A program made the translations under genes and the position numbers. Positions 13,185 to 25,577 of a stretch of 64,000 nucleotides of DNA are shown one piece after another. The DNA lies in assembly GCF_963921235.1 (NCBI RefSeq), contig NC_086098.1, forward strand, positions 1,674,001 to 1,738,000, written 5' to 3'. The stretch is from Mobula hypostoma. Its lineage: Eukaryota. The stretch's first letter is position 1. Every line of letters starts with the position of its first letter. Under the pieces are notes generated by a model. That model saw only the letters and a program-made list of their open reading frames with translations. It did no database searches and was not told where the DNA came from.

Positions 13185-13620
13185 GATCTAACCTGGTCCC
13201 AACATATCGATGCAGTTATAAAGAAATCAAGACAGTAGTTGTACTTCATTAAGAGTTTGAAGAAATTTGGCATGTCAACAAGTACACTCAAGAACTTCTA
13301 TAGATGTATTGTGGAGAGCATTCTGACAGGCTGTATCACTGGCTGGAATGTGGGGTGGGGAGTGGGAGCTACTGCAGGTTATAAATCTAGTCAGCTGCAT
13401 CTTGGGTACTAGCCTACAAAGTACCCAGGACATCTTCAGGGAGCGGTGTCTCAGGAAGGCAACGTCTATTATTAAGGACCTCCAGCACCCAGGGCATGTC
13501 CTTTTCTCACTGTTACCGTCAGGAAGGAGGTACAGAAGCCTGAAGGCACACACTCAGCAGTTCAGGAACAGCTTCTTCCCTTCTGCCATCCGATTCTTAA
13601 ATGGGCATTGAACCCTTGGA
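13185..13620 (+). mobile_element. Rex1/Babar-type LINE, 3' fragment
   Basis: DDLTWSQHIDAVIKK, FYRCIVESILTGCIT, IIKDLQHPGHVLFSLLPSGRRYRS, FRNSFFPSAIRFLN. Confidence 0.8.
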
Positions 13621-13711
13621 CACAAAGGGCTGGAGGAACTCAGCAGCCCAGGCAGCATCTACGGAAAATAGTACATTTGATGCGGAAGTACTTTCCTATC
13701 AGCTTCTGTAC

Positions 13712-15537
13712 AACTTTACTAAGCTCCATGTATCTATCTAAAAGTCTCTTAAAGGACCCTATTGTCTCCGCCTCCACCACCATTGCTGGCAGCCCATTCC
13801 ACGCACTCACCACTCTCTGAGTAAAAAACTTACTCCTGACATCTCCTTGGTACCTACTCCCCAGCACCTTAAACCTGTGTTCTCTTGTGGCAACCATTTC
13901 AGCCCTGGGAAAAAGCCTCTGACTATCCACACGATCAATGCCTCTCATCATCTTATACACCTCTAACAGGTCACCTCTCATCCTCTGTTGCTCCAAGGAG
14001 AAAAGGCCAAGTTCACGCAACCTATTTTCATGAGGCATGCTCCCAAATCCAGGCAACATCCTTGTAAATCTCCTCTGCACCCTTTCTATGGCTTCCACAT
14101 CCTTTCTGTAGTGAGGTGACCAGAACTGAGCACAGTACTCCAAGTGTGGTCTGACCAGGGTCCTATATAGCTGCAACATTACCTCTCGGCTCCTAAATTC
14201 AGTTCCATGATTGATGAAGGCCAATACATCGTACGCCTTCTTAACCACAGAGTCAACCTGCGCAGCTGCTTTGAGCGTTCTATGGACTCGGACCCTAAGA
14301 TCCCTCTGATCCTCCACACAGCCAAGAGTCTTACCATTAATACTATATTCTGCCATCATATTTGACCTACTAAAATGAACCACTTCACACTTATCTGGTT
14401 TGAACTCCATCTGACACTCTCAGCCCAATTTTGCATCGTATCAATGTCCCGCTGTAACCTCTGACAGCCCTCCACACTATCCACAACACCTCCAACCTTT
14501 GTGTCATCACCAAATTTACTAACCCATCCCTCCACTCCCTCATCCAAGTCATTTATAAAAATCGTGAAGAGCAGGTGGCCCAGAACAGATCCCTGAGGCC
14601 CACCACTGGTCACTGACCTCCATGCAGAATATGACCCGTCTACAACCACTTTTTGCCTTCTGTGGGTAAGCCAGTTCTGGATCCACAAAGCAATGTCCCC
14701 TTGGATCCCATGCCTTCTTACTTTCTCAATAAGCCTTGCATGAGGTACCTTATCAAATGCCTTGCTGAAATCCATATACACTATATCTACTGCTCTTCCT
14801 TCATCAATGTGTTTAGTCACATCCTCAAAAAATACAATCAGGCTCATAAGGCATGACCTGCCCTTGACAAAGCCATGCTGACTACTTGTAATCATATTAT
14901 ATTTCTCCAAATATTCATAAATCCTGCCTCTCAGGATCTTCTCCAACAACTTACTGAGGTAAGACTCACAGGTCTATAATTTCCTGGGCTATCTCTACTC
15001 CCTTTCTTGAATAAAGGAACAATGTCTGCAGCCCTCCAATCCTTCGGAACCTCTCCCGTCCCCACTGATGATGCAAAGATCATCGCCAGAGACTCAGCAA
15101 TTTCCTCCCTTGCCTCCCACAGTAGCCCGGTTTACATCTCATCCGGTCCTGGTGACTTATCCAAGCTGATGCTTTCTAAAAGCTCCAGCACATCCTCTTT
15201 CTTAATATCTAAATGCTCAAGCATTTTAGTCTGCTGTAAGTCATCATGACAATCACCAAGATCCTTTTCCATAGTGAATACTGAAGTAAAGCATTCATTA
15301 AGTACCTCTGCTATTTCCTCCAGTTCCATACACACTTTCCCACTGTCACACTTGATAGGTCCTATTCTTTCACGTCTTATCCTCTTGCTCTTCCCATACT
15401 TGTAGAATGCCTTGGGGTTTTCCTTAATCCTGCCCGCCAAGGCCATCTCATGGCCCCTTCTGGCTCTCATAATTTCCTTCTTAAGCTCCTTCCTATTAGC
15501 CTTCTAATCTTCTGGATCTCCACCATTACCTAGCTCT
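13712..15537 (-). mobile_element. CR1-clade LINE, ORF2 RT region
   Basis: Minus ORFs 15132-15470, 14356-14949 and 13640-14410; 3' UTR missing. Confidence 0.9.
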
Positions 15538-18500
15538 TGTGAGAAAAGTGCGAGTCTTTTGCTCGAGAGTCTTCGGCAAGGAGGCTGAGGGAGGAAACTT
15601 ACACCACAGTTGGAGAGGGTGAGAAGTGGTGAAGAAATGACAGGTAAACTGATTCAGTGTGATGCTTGCATGATGTGGGAGGTCAGGGACGTTGATGGTG
15701 CCTCTGGCTGCTACAACTGTGAAAAGTGTGTCTAGATTCAGGATGGATGCTTGGAGTACAGGAGACCCCAGGGGATGTACCTCTGGGAAGCTGTCGGGAC
15801 AGAAGATGATGCCAGTCTGAGAGGCGGACGGGTCTACGAGTCAACAATTGCCACTGAAACAAAGCTGAGGAGACAGAAGTCAGGCAGAGCCGTGGTAGTA
15901 GGGCTCTCCATAGTGAGAGGTACAGATAGGGGTTTCTGCGGCAACAGGTGGGATTTAAGGATGGTGTGTTGCCTCCCTGGTGCCAGGATCCAGGACATCA
16001 CATTCCGATTGCAAGGCATCCTCAAGGGTGAAGGTGAACAGCCGGAAGTGGTGGTGCATGTCGGCACAAATAAGGTCGGGAAGAGGAGGAAAGACATTCT
16101 ACAGCGTGACTTCAGAGAACTTGGAAGAAGGCTGAAAAGCAGGTCCTCCAGGGTGGTTATCTCCAGTTTGCTTCCAGTTCCTCGTGCTGGTGAAGGCAGG
16201 AGCAGGGAGATAGAGGATCTGAGTGTGTGGCTGAGGAGCTGGTGCAGGGAGCATGGATTTAGATTCTTTGACCACTGGGATCTGTTTTGGGGTAAGGATG
16301 AATTGTACAGAAGGGACAGGTTGCATCTTAACAGACGGGGGACCAGCATCCTGGCAGGCAGGTTTGCCACTGCTACACGGGTGTGTTTAAACTAAGTAGT
16401 GGCGGGGGGCGGGGGAGTGGACGAACTGGAAATATAAGAATGGAGTTAAAGGGAAAGAGAGAATAAGGAAAGTTAAGAAAGACAACAGAATTAATGGGGC
16501 AGAAAGCTCAGGAAGGGATCAGAGAGTATGGCCAAGTGCAATAGGAATCGATGTGAAAATTGAGGGGAGTAATGGATTAAAAGTATTGTATATGAATACA
16601 CGAAGTACAAGAAATAAAGTGGATGGGCTTGAGGCTCAGTTGGAAATTGGTAAGTATGATGTTGTGGGACATCAGAGACATGGCTTCAAGTGGACAGGGC
16701 CTGGGAAATGAATATTCAAGGATATACGTCCTATCGAAAGGACAGACAGGTGGGCAGAGGGGGTGGGGTGGCTCTGTTGGTGAGGAATGATATTCAATCC
16801 CTTGTGAGGGGGGACATAGGATCAGGAGATGTAGTCAGTATGGATAGAACTGAGAAATTCTAAGGGTAGAAAGACCCTAATGGGAGTTATCTACAGGCCC
16901 CAAACAGTAGCCTGGATATAAAGTTGAATCAAGAGTTAAAATTGGCATGTCGCAAAGGTAATGCTACGGTTGTTATGGAGGATTTCAACATGCAGGTAGA
17001 CTGGGAAAATCAGGTTGGTCCAGACCCCAAGAAAGGGAGTTTGTGGAGTGCCTCTGAGATGGATTCTGAGAGTAGCTTGTACTGGAACCTACCAGGGAGA
17101 AGGCAATTCTGGATTTAGTGTTGTGCAATGAACCGGATTTGATAAGGGAACTGAGGTAAAGGAGTCATTAGGAGGTAGTGACCTTAATATGATAAGTTTT
17201 AATCTACAATTTGAGAGGGAGAAGGGAAAATCGGAAGTGTCAGTATTACAGTTGAACAAAGGGGACTATGGAGCCATGAGGGAGGAGCTGGCCAAAGTTG
17301 ACTGGAAAGGTACCCTAGCAGGGATGACAGTGGAACAACAATGGCAGGTATTTATGGGAATAATACAGAAGGTTCAGGATTAGTTCATTCCAAAGAAAAA
17401 GAAAGATTCTAAGGGAAGTAAGGGGCAACCGTGGCTGACAAGGGAAGTCAAAGACAGTATAAAAATCGAAGAGAAGGAGTATAACATAGCAAAGATGAGC
17501 AGGAAGCCAGAGGATTGGGAAACTTTTAAAGAGCAACAGAGGATAACTAAAAAGGAAATACAGGGAGAAAAGATGAGGTATGAAGGTAAGCTAGCTAAGA
17601 ATACAAAGGAAGATAGTAAAAGCTTCTTTAGGTATGTGAAGAGGAAAAGGTTACTTAAGACCAAAGTTGGGCCCTTGAAGACAGGAACAAGTGAATTTAT
17701 TATGGGGAACAAGGAAATGGCAGACGAGTTGAACAGGTACTTTGGATCTGTCTTCACTAAGGAAAACACAAACAATCTCCCAGATGTAATAGTGGCCGGA
17801 GGACCTAGGGTAACGGAGGAACTGGAGGAAGTTCACATTAGGCAGAAAATGGTGTTGGATAAACTGATGGGACTGAAGGCTGATAAATCCCCAGGGACTG
17901 ATGGTCTGCACCCTAGGGTACTTAAGGAGGTGGCTCTAGAAATCGGGGACGCATTGGTAATTATTTTCCAATGTTCTATAGATTCAGTTCCTGTGGATTG
18001 GAGGGTAGCTAATCTTATCCCACTTTTTGAGAAAGGAGGGAGAGAGAAAACAGGGACTTATAGACCAGTTAGCCTGACATCAGTGGTGGGGAAGATGCTG
18101 GAGTCAATTATAAAAGATGAAGTAGCAGCACATTTGGATAGCAGTAACAGGATCGGTCCCAGTCAGCATGGATTTATGAAGGGGAAATCGTGCTTGACTA
18201 ATCTTCTGGAATTTTTTGAGGATGTAACTATGAAAATGGACAAGGGAGAGCTAGTGGATGTAGTGTACCTGGACTTTCAGAAAGCCTTTGATAAGGTCCC
18301 ACATAGGAGATTAGTAGGCAAAATTGGAGCACATGGTATTAGGGTTAGGGTACTGACATAGATTGAAAATTGGTTGGCAGTCAGGAAACAAAGAGTAGAG
18401 ATTAACGGGTCCTTTTCAGAATGGCAGTCAGTGACTAGTGGGGTACTGCAAGGCTCGGTGTTGGGACCACAGCTACTTACAATATACATTAATGATTTAG

Positions 18501-18964
18501 ATGAAGGGATTAAAAGTAACATTAGCAAATTTGCAGATGACACAAAGCTGGGTGGCAGTGTGAAATGTGAAGAGGATGTTGTGAGAATGCAGGGTGACTT
18601 GGACAGGTTGGGTGAGTGGGCAGATGCATGGCAGATACAGTTTAATATGGATAAATTTGAGGTTATCCACTTTGGTGGCAAGAACAGGAAGGTAGATTAC
18701 TATCTGAATGGTGTCAAGTTAGGAAAAGGGGAAGTACAATGAGATCTAGATGTCCTTGTTCATCAGTCACTGAAAGTAAGCATGCAGGTACAGCAGGCAG
18801 TGAAGAAAGCTAATGGCATGCTGGCCTTCATAACAAGGGGAGTTGAGTATAAGAGCAAAGAGGTCCTTCTGCAGTTGTGTAGGGCCCTGGTGAGACCACA
18901 CCTGGAGTATTGTGTGCAGTTTTGGTCTCCAAATTTGAGAAAGGACATTCTTGCTATTGAGAGT
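15538..18964 (+). mobile_element. Near-full-length CR1 LINE (ORF1 plus ORF2), 3' end missing
   Basis: ORF1 with C4 finger and esterase; ORF2 start GLKVLYMNTRS at ~16574; RT ORFs 17495-18361 and 18374-18742; ends at DILAIE. Confidence 0.9.
15637..16395 (+). pseudogene. CR1 ORF1: C4 zinc finger plus SGNH/GDSL esterase, disrupted
   Basis: MTGKLIQCDACMMWE...YNCEKCV then stop; esterase blocks VVGLSIVR, CLPGAR, HVGTN, DRLHL. Confidence 0.8.
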
Positions 18965-20833
18965 AGCAAGAAAGGAGCTTAAAGGGCTGAGAAGAGCAAG
19001 AAGGGGGCATGAGAAGGCCTTGGCAAGTAGGGCAAAGGAAAATCCCAAGGCATTCTTCAATTATGTGAAGAACAAAAGGATGACAGGAGTGAAGGTAGGA
19101 CAGGATTAGAGATAAAGGTGGGAAGGTGCGCCTGGAGGCTGTGGAAGTGAGCGAGGTCCTCAATGAATACTTCTCTTCGGTATTCACCAATGAGAGGGAA
19201 CTTGATGACGGTGAGGACAATATGAGTGAGTTTGATGTTCTGGAGCATGTTGATATTAAGGCAGAGGAGGTGTTGGAGTTATTAAAATACATTAGGACGG
19301 ATAAGTCCCCAGGTCCTGACGGATTATTCCCCAGGCTGCTCCACGAGGTGAGGGAAGAGATTGCTGAGCCTCTGGCTAGGATCTTTATGTCCACGTTGTC
19401 TATGGGAATGGTACCGGAGGATTGGAGGGAGGCGAATGTTGTCCCCTTGTTCAAAAAAGGTAGTAGGGATAGTCCGGGTAATTATAGACCAGTGAGCCTT
19501 ACGTCTGTGTTGGGAAAGCTGTTGGAAAAGATTCGTAGAGATAGGATCTATGGGCATTTAGAGAATCATGGTCTGATCAGGGACAGTCAGCATGGCTTTG
19601 TGAAGAGCAGAACGTGTCTAACATGCCTGACAGAGTTCTTTGAGGAGGTGACCAGGCATATAGATGAGGGTAGTGCAGTGGATGTCGCCTATATGGATTT
19701 TAGTAATGCATTTTACAAGGTTCCACACAATAGGCTTATTCAGAAAGTCAGAAGGCATGGGATCTAGGAAAGTTTGGCGAGGTGGATTCAGAATTGGCTT
19801 GCCTGCAGAAGGCAGAGGGTCGTGGTGGAGGGAGTGCATTCGGATTAGAGGGTTGTGACTCGTGGTGTCCCACAAGGATCTGGTCTGGGACCTCTACTTT
19901 TTGTGATTTTTCTTAATGACCTGGATGTGGGGGTAGATGGGTGGGTTGGCAAGTTTGCAGACGACACAAAGGTTGGTGGTTTTGTAGATAGTGTAGAGGA
20001 TTGTCGAAGATTGCAGAGAGACAGTGATAGGTTGCAGAAGTGGGCTGAGAAGAGGCAGATGGAATTCAACCCGGAGAAGTGTGAGGTGGTACACTTTGGA
20101 AGGACAAACTCCAAGGCAGAGTACAAAGTAAATGGCAGGATACTTGGTAGTGTGGAGGAGTAGAGGGATCTCGGGGTACATGTCCACAGATCCCTGAAAG
20201 TTGTTTCACAGCTGGACAGGGTAGTTAAGAAAGCTTATGGGGTGTTAGCTTTCATAAGTCGAGGGATAGAGTTTAAGAGTCGTGAGGTAATGATGCAGCT
20301 CCATAAAACTCTGGTTAGGCCACAATTGGAGTACTGTGTCCAGTTCTGGTCACCTCACTATAGGAAGGATGTGGAAGCATTGGAAAGGGTACCGAGGAGA
20401 TTTACCAGAATGCTGCCTGGTTTAGAGAGTATGGATTATGATCAGAGATTAAGGGAGCTAGGGCTTTACTCTTTAGAGAGAAGGAGGATGAGAGGAGTCA
20501 TGATAGAGGTATACTAGACATTAAAAGGAATAGATAGAGTGGATAGCCAGCGCCTCTTCCCCAGGGCACCACTGCTCAATACAAGAGGACATGGCTTTAA
20601 GGTAAGGGGTGGGAAGTTCAAGGGGGATATTAGAGGAAGGTTTTTTACTCAGAGAGTGGTTGGTGTGTGGAATGCACTGCCTGAGTCAGTGGTGGAGGCA
20701 GATACACTAGTGAAGTTTAAGAGACTACTAGACAGGTATATGGAGGAATTTAAGGTGGGGGGTTATATGGAAGGAACAACATTGTGGGCTGAAGGGCCTG
20801 TAATGTGCTGCACTATTCTATGTTCTATGTTCT
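18965..20833 (+). mobile_element. CR1-clade LINE, 5'-truncated with intact 3' tail
   Basis: Same subfamily as 11752-13184; ORFs 19126-20835; (TTCTATG)n tail. Confidence 0.9.
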
Positions 20834-21280
20834 AAAGCAAACAATTCCATCATCCAAATCATTGACATATAATGTAAAAAGAATTGGTCCTAACATAGAC
20901 TCCTGTGGTGCACCACTAGTCACTGACAGCCAGTCAGAAAAGGCTCCCTGTATTCCCACTTTTCCTCCTGCCAATCAACCACTGCTTTATCCATGCTAGA
21001 ATCTTTCCTGCAATGCCAAGGGCTTGTAGCTTGTTAAGCAGCCTCTTGTATGGCACCTTGCCAAAGGCCTTCTGAAAATGCAAGTGCACAACATGAACTG
21101 ATTCTCCTTTGTCTATCCTGCTTGTTATTTCTTCAAAGAATACTAACAGCTTTGTCAGGGAATATTTTCCCTGAGGGAACCATGCTGACTATGGTCTAGT
21201 TTATCACGTGCATCCAAGTACCCTGAGACTTCATCCTTAATAATAAACTCCAACATCTTCCCAACTACTGAGATCACATG
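20834..21280 (-). mobile_element. Degraded CR1 RT fragment
   Basis: Antisense GVPQ-region and KAFGKVP-region nucleotide motifs. Confidence 0.7.
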
Positions 21281-21284
21281 AACT

Positions 21285-21720
21285 GAAGGTTAGAAGGTGA
21301 TAGGTGAAACCAGATGGGTGGGGAATGGAAGATGAATGAAGAAGCTGGGAGGGGATAAGTGGAGAAGAAGAAACTGTTAGGGGAGGAGAATGGACCATGG
21401 GAGAGAGGGAAGGCAGAGGGGCACCAGGTGAAGGTGATAGGCTGCTGAGGAGAAGAGGTAAAAGGCCAAAGTGGGAAAATGAAGAAGAGGGATGGTAGAT
21501 GGAAAAATGATCAGAAGTTGGGAAATTAATGTTAAAAGCATCAGGTTGGAGGCTACCCAGGCAGAATATGAGGTGTTGCTCCTCCAACCTGAGTGTGGCC
21601 TATTGTGGCAGAAAAGGAGGCTGTGGACAGACATGCTGGAGTGGGAATGGGGATTGTTATTGGAATAGTTGTCCACTAGGAAACTCCACTTACCAATATG
21701 TCGGAACGGGACATTCTGAA
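21285..21720 (-). mobile_element. Penelope-like element fragment (GIY-YIG C-terminus and pyrimidine-rich UTR)
   Basis: Minus ORF LEEQHLIFCLGSLQPDAFNINF resembles the Penelope EEQHLIFRLG.LQP motif. Confidence 0.75.
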
Positions 21721-21769
21721 ACTGTTCTGCTGACTCAAAGTTCAAAGTAAGTTTATTAATCACAGTAAC

Positions 21770-21861
21770 ATACATCAAAGTTGCTGGTGAACGCAGCAGG
21801 CCAAGCAGCATCTATAGGAAGAGGCGCAGTCGACGTTTCAGGCCGAGACCCTTCGTCAGGA
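21770..21861 (-). ncRNA. Penelope-derived mini-element with minimal hammerhead ribozyme core
   Basis: Minus strand reads CTGACGA-AGGGTCTCGGCCT-GAAAC-GTC-GACT. Confidence 0.65.
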
Positions 21862-22639
21862 AAGTGTTTACTTTATACATTACCTTGAGATTCATTTAAT
21901 TGTCTTTATTCCATCCTTTAAAGAGGCATGATAAATTTTCAACATCAAAGCTGCTTCGTGTGCAGCTACACGCCTCCTACATATGACAGGGTAGGCTGTT
22001 TCTTATATGTTAATCATGGTACTAAATACATCGAGTGCTTGCTAAATGTTCACCTTTGGCGGTATGTATGCTGTGGTCGGGATCACAGTGCAGAACTCTC
22101 TTGGTAAGTAGAATAAGTGTGTTTAATCTTTAGATGTTCCCGTTTGAATTACAAGAGTGCGACAAGACTGTTAAATACGAGCACCACGAAGAGTTTATCC
22201 CTCACCTCTTTCCTTCGTTGAATCAGTAGTTTGGTTCATCCAGCGAATTGATAATCTCCCTGGCTGGAGCGACATGATCCCGAGTGTCAGTGTGAGCGAT
22301 GTTCAAAGTTCTACGTACATTCATTATCAGAGTATGTATACATTATACAGCCTTGAGCTTTGTCTCCTCACAGGCAGCCACGAAACAAAGAAACCCAAAA
22401 GAACACATAAAAAAGACCACTGAACACACAATATGCAGAAAGAAGAAATATATCATGCAAACAGTAACTGCAAGTTAATAGCATTCTGAACTGAAGTTTG
22501 CAATGAGAGTCCCATAGTTCAACATTGTTCAGGGAAACTGAGAGCGCAGCAATCCTTCATTTCCTCTGACACTGCAATCCTGCTCTCAGGTCTTCTATCT
22601 TGTTCTCGACTGACTACACATTAAACAAGAAGATACTTG

Positions 22640-23060
22640 GAAGAGATAGTCTCATACCTCAATTCCTTGTGAAATTAATGAAAAAATGTACATAAACAGA
22701 AACTAACAATCGATCTGCAAAAGAAGACAGATCACGCAAGTAATTTTAAAAGTTCATAAGTAATATTGAGAACCTGAGTTGTAGAGACTTTGAAAGTGAA
22801 TCCACAGGTTGTGGAGTTACTTCAGCGTTGAGGTGAGTTTGTTACCCACAAGCCTGATATTTGAGGAGTGATCACTGTTCCTGACTCTGGGGGGTAAAGG
22901 CTCCTGAATTTAGCAGTGAGAGGGGAGCACGGCCTGGATGGTAGGGTTTCTTGATGGTGGATGCTGTTTTCTTGTGGCAGGGCTCCTTGTAAATGTGTTC
23001 AGTCATGCAGAGGGATTTACCTGTGAAGGACTGAGCTGATCCATCACTTTGTGTATGGTC
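22640..23060 (-). mobile_element. Degraded Rex1/Babar-type LINE 3' fragment
   Basis: Minus ORF ...KKTASTIKKPYHPGRAPLSLL. Confidence 0.6.
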
Positions 23061-23639
23061 CTGTGGTCTAACTTTAGTTCTATATCTTTCCAAAATATTG
23101 TAGGACACTGGAAAGCTGCCCTAACCAGCTTACTAGGGATTGCAATTGACCAAAATCTGGCAGGTAATTTGGGAGGGAAGCAGGAATTTAGTGAGTTGAA
23201 TGCAAGTGATATCATTTGAATTCAGTACATATTGCAATGTAGGATGCAACAGCTGGTGATGACTATGCACCAGAAGTAATTGTTAAAACAAAATGAAGGT
23301 GTAACATATGGTTCAAAATCTCATCCAGACTGCTAAAAAAATAAGATGGTTCAAAAAATAAAGAGACTCAAATAGAAACAACAAGGGAGAGATTAGCACA
23401 ATGAGTGATAGGGGACTATGCTCAAAACATTGCTAAATGATGAAGAGACTTTGGCAATTTGAAGGGGGTGCATTTGCTGGCTCCACTATCAAATGAAAAA
23501 AAATTCTGTTCTAATGAAAATATAATTGCATTATATTATATTGCACAATAATCATTTTTCTCCTATGTAGACTATATAACAACATTAATTATACCTTTTT
23601 CCACCAAAATAATCTGTTATTGCTGTTTTTATTTATTAG

Positions 23640-24260
23640 TTCAAAGTAAATTTATTTTCAAAGTACATATATGTCACCGTATACAACCCTGAGCTTCATT
23701 TTCTTGTGGGTATTCTCAGCAAGTACAAAGAAACACGATAAAATCAATGAAAAACTGTACACAGCAAGACAAACAACCAGACAACAAACTGTGCAAATAC
23801 AAGAAGAGAAAAAAAAATTAGCAATAAATATTTAGAACATGAAATGAAGAGCCCTTGAATGTGAGTCCACTGATTGTAGGAACAGTTCAGTGTTGGGCAA
23901 GTAAAGTTATTCACTTTGGTTCAGGAGCCTGAATGCTGAGTGGAAGTAACCGTTTATGATCCTGGCGATGTGGGACTGTGGCTCCTGTACATTTCTTCCT
24001 GATGGCAGTAGCGAGAAGAGAGCATGGCCCCAATAGTGGGGTCCTTGATGATAGTGGTTGCTTTGTTATGACCCTTCCTGTAGATGCACTCAGTGGTGGG
24101 GAGGCTTCTACCTGTGATGGACCGGGCTGTTTCCATCACTTTTTGTAAGATTTGCCATTCAGGGACTTCGGTGTTTCCACTCCATGATGCAAGCAGTCAA
24201 TCATACATCTATAGAAATCTGTCAAAGTTTTAGATGTCATGCCGAATATTCACAAACTTC
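23640..24260 (-). mobile_element. Degraded Rex1/Babar-type LINE 3' fragment
   Basis: METARSITGRSLPT...KATTIIKDP; TTCAAAGTAAATTTATT tail as read on the + strand. Confidence 0.65.
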
Positions 24261-24384
24261 TAATTAATAACAGTTTATTGTTTATATGAATTAAATTGTT
24301 AGGTTGTCCATGTGGAGTTGTCCCTGAATGAACAACTTCATTGTAAAAATAAATGTTGATTGCATGTTGCTTTCTAACTCTGCC

Positions 24385-25577
24385 GTTGGGTTGAGTTAAG
24401 AAATGGCAAGGGTAAAAGGACCCTAATGGCAGTTGTATACAGGCCTCCAAACAGCAGCCGGGATGTGGATTACAAATCACAGCAGGAGATAGAAAAGGTG
24501 TGTCAGAAGAACAATGTCATGATAATCATTGGAGATTTTAACATGAAACTGGATTGGGAAAACTAGGCCAGTACTGGACCTCAAGAGAGAGAATTTGTAG
24601 AGTGCCCAAGGGATGGCTTTTCAGAACAGCTTGTTGTTGAGCCCACTAGGGGATCGGCTGTGCTGGATTGGGTATTGTGCAATGATCCGGAGCTAATAAG
24701 AAAGATTAAGGTATAGTGTTCCATAGGGAACAGTGATCACAATATGATCAAGTTCACTTTGAAGTCTGAGGGGGAGAAACTAAATTCCAATGTGTCAGTA
24801 TTTCAGTGGAATAAAGGAAATAACAATGGCATGAGGGGGGAACTGGCCAAGGTTGACTGGAAAGGGACATTAGCAGGAAGGACAGCAGAGCAGAAATGGC
24901 TGGAGTTCCTGCAAAAAATGAGGGAAGTGGAAGACAGATCTAATCCAAATAAGAAGAAATTTTCAAATGGAAGAAAGACGCTACCGTGGCTGACAAGTGA
25001 AGTCAGAGCCAAAGTAAAAGCAAAAGAAGGGGCATACAAGGAAGCCAAAGTTAGTGGGAAGATAGAGAATTGGGAAACTTTTAAAAATTTGTTGAAGGAA
25101 ACTAAGAAGGTCATTAGGAAGGAAATGATGAATTATGAAAGAAAGCTGGCTAATAACAAAGAAGATACTAAAAGCCTTTTTAAGTTTATAAAGGGTAAAG
25201 GAGAGTCGAGGGTAGATATAGGACCAATAGAAAATGACACAGGATATATTAAAATAGGAGATGCAGACATGGCAGAGGAACTGAATGTGTATTTTGCATC
25301 AGTCTTCTTAGTGGAAGCCATCTGCAGTATACCAGACATTCAAGAATGTCAGGGAACTGAAGTTTGTGCAGTGAAAATTACAACTGAGAAGGTGCTCAGG
25401 AAGCTTAATGGTCTGAGGGTGGATAAATCTCCTGGACCTGATGGAATGCATCCTCGGGTTCCGATAGAAGCAGCTGGAGAGACTGTGGAGGCATTAACAA
25501 TGATCTTTCAAGAAACTTTAGATTCTGGCATTGTACTGGCTCACTGGAAAAATGCAAATGTTACTCCACTATTTAAC
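24385..25577 (+). mobile_element. CR1 LINE (endonuclease and linker), 5' part of a split copy
   Basis: VVYRPPNS, IIGDFNM, ORF 24744-25601 to NVTPLF; resumes KGGRQQKGNYRP at 28031-28190. Confidence 0.88.

Noticed and set aside
13712..15600. Twin-priming 5' inversion of one LINE
   Set aside because: The head-to-head copies are different subfamilies and overlap in ORF2 content
21990..22300. Short exon-like segments on both strands
   Set aside because: Splice-like sites exist but conflict with one another and give no recognisable peptide
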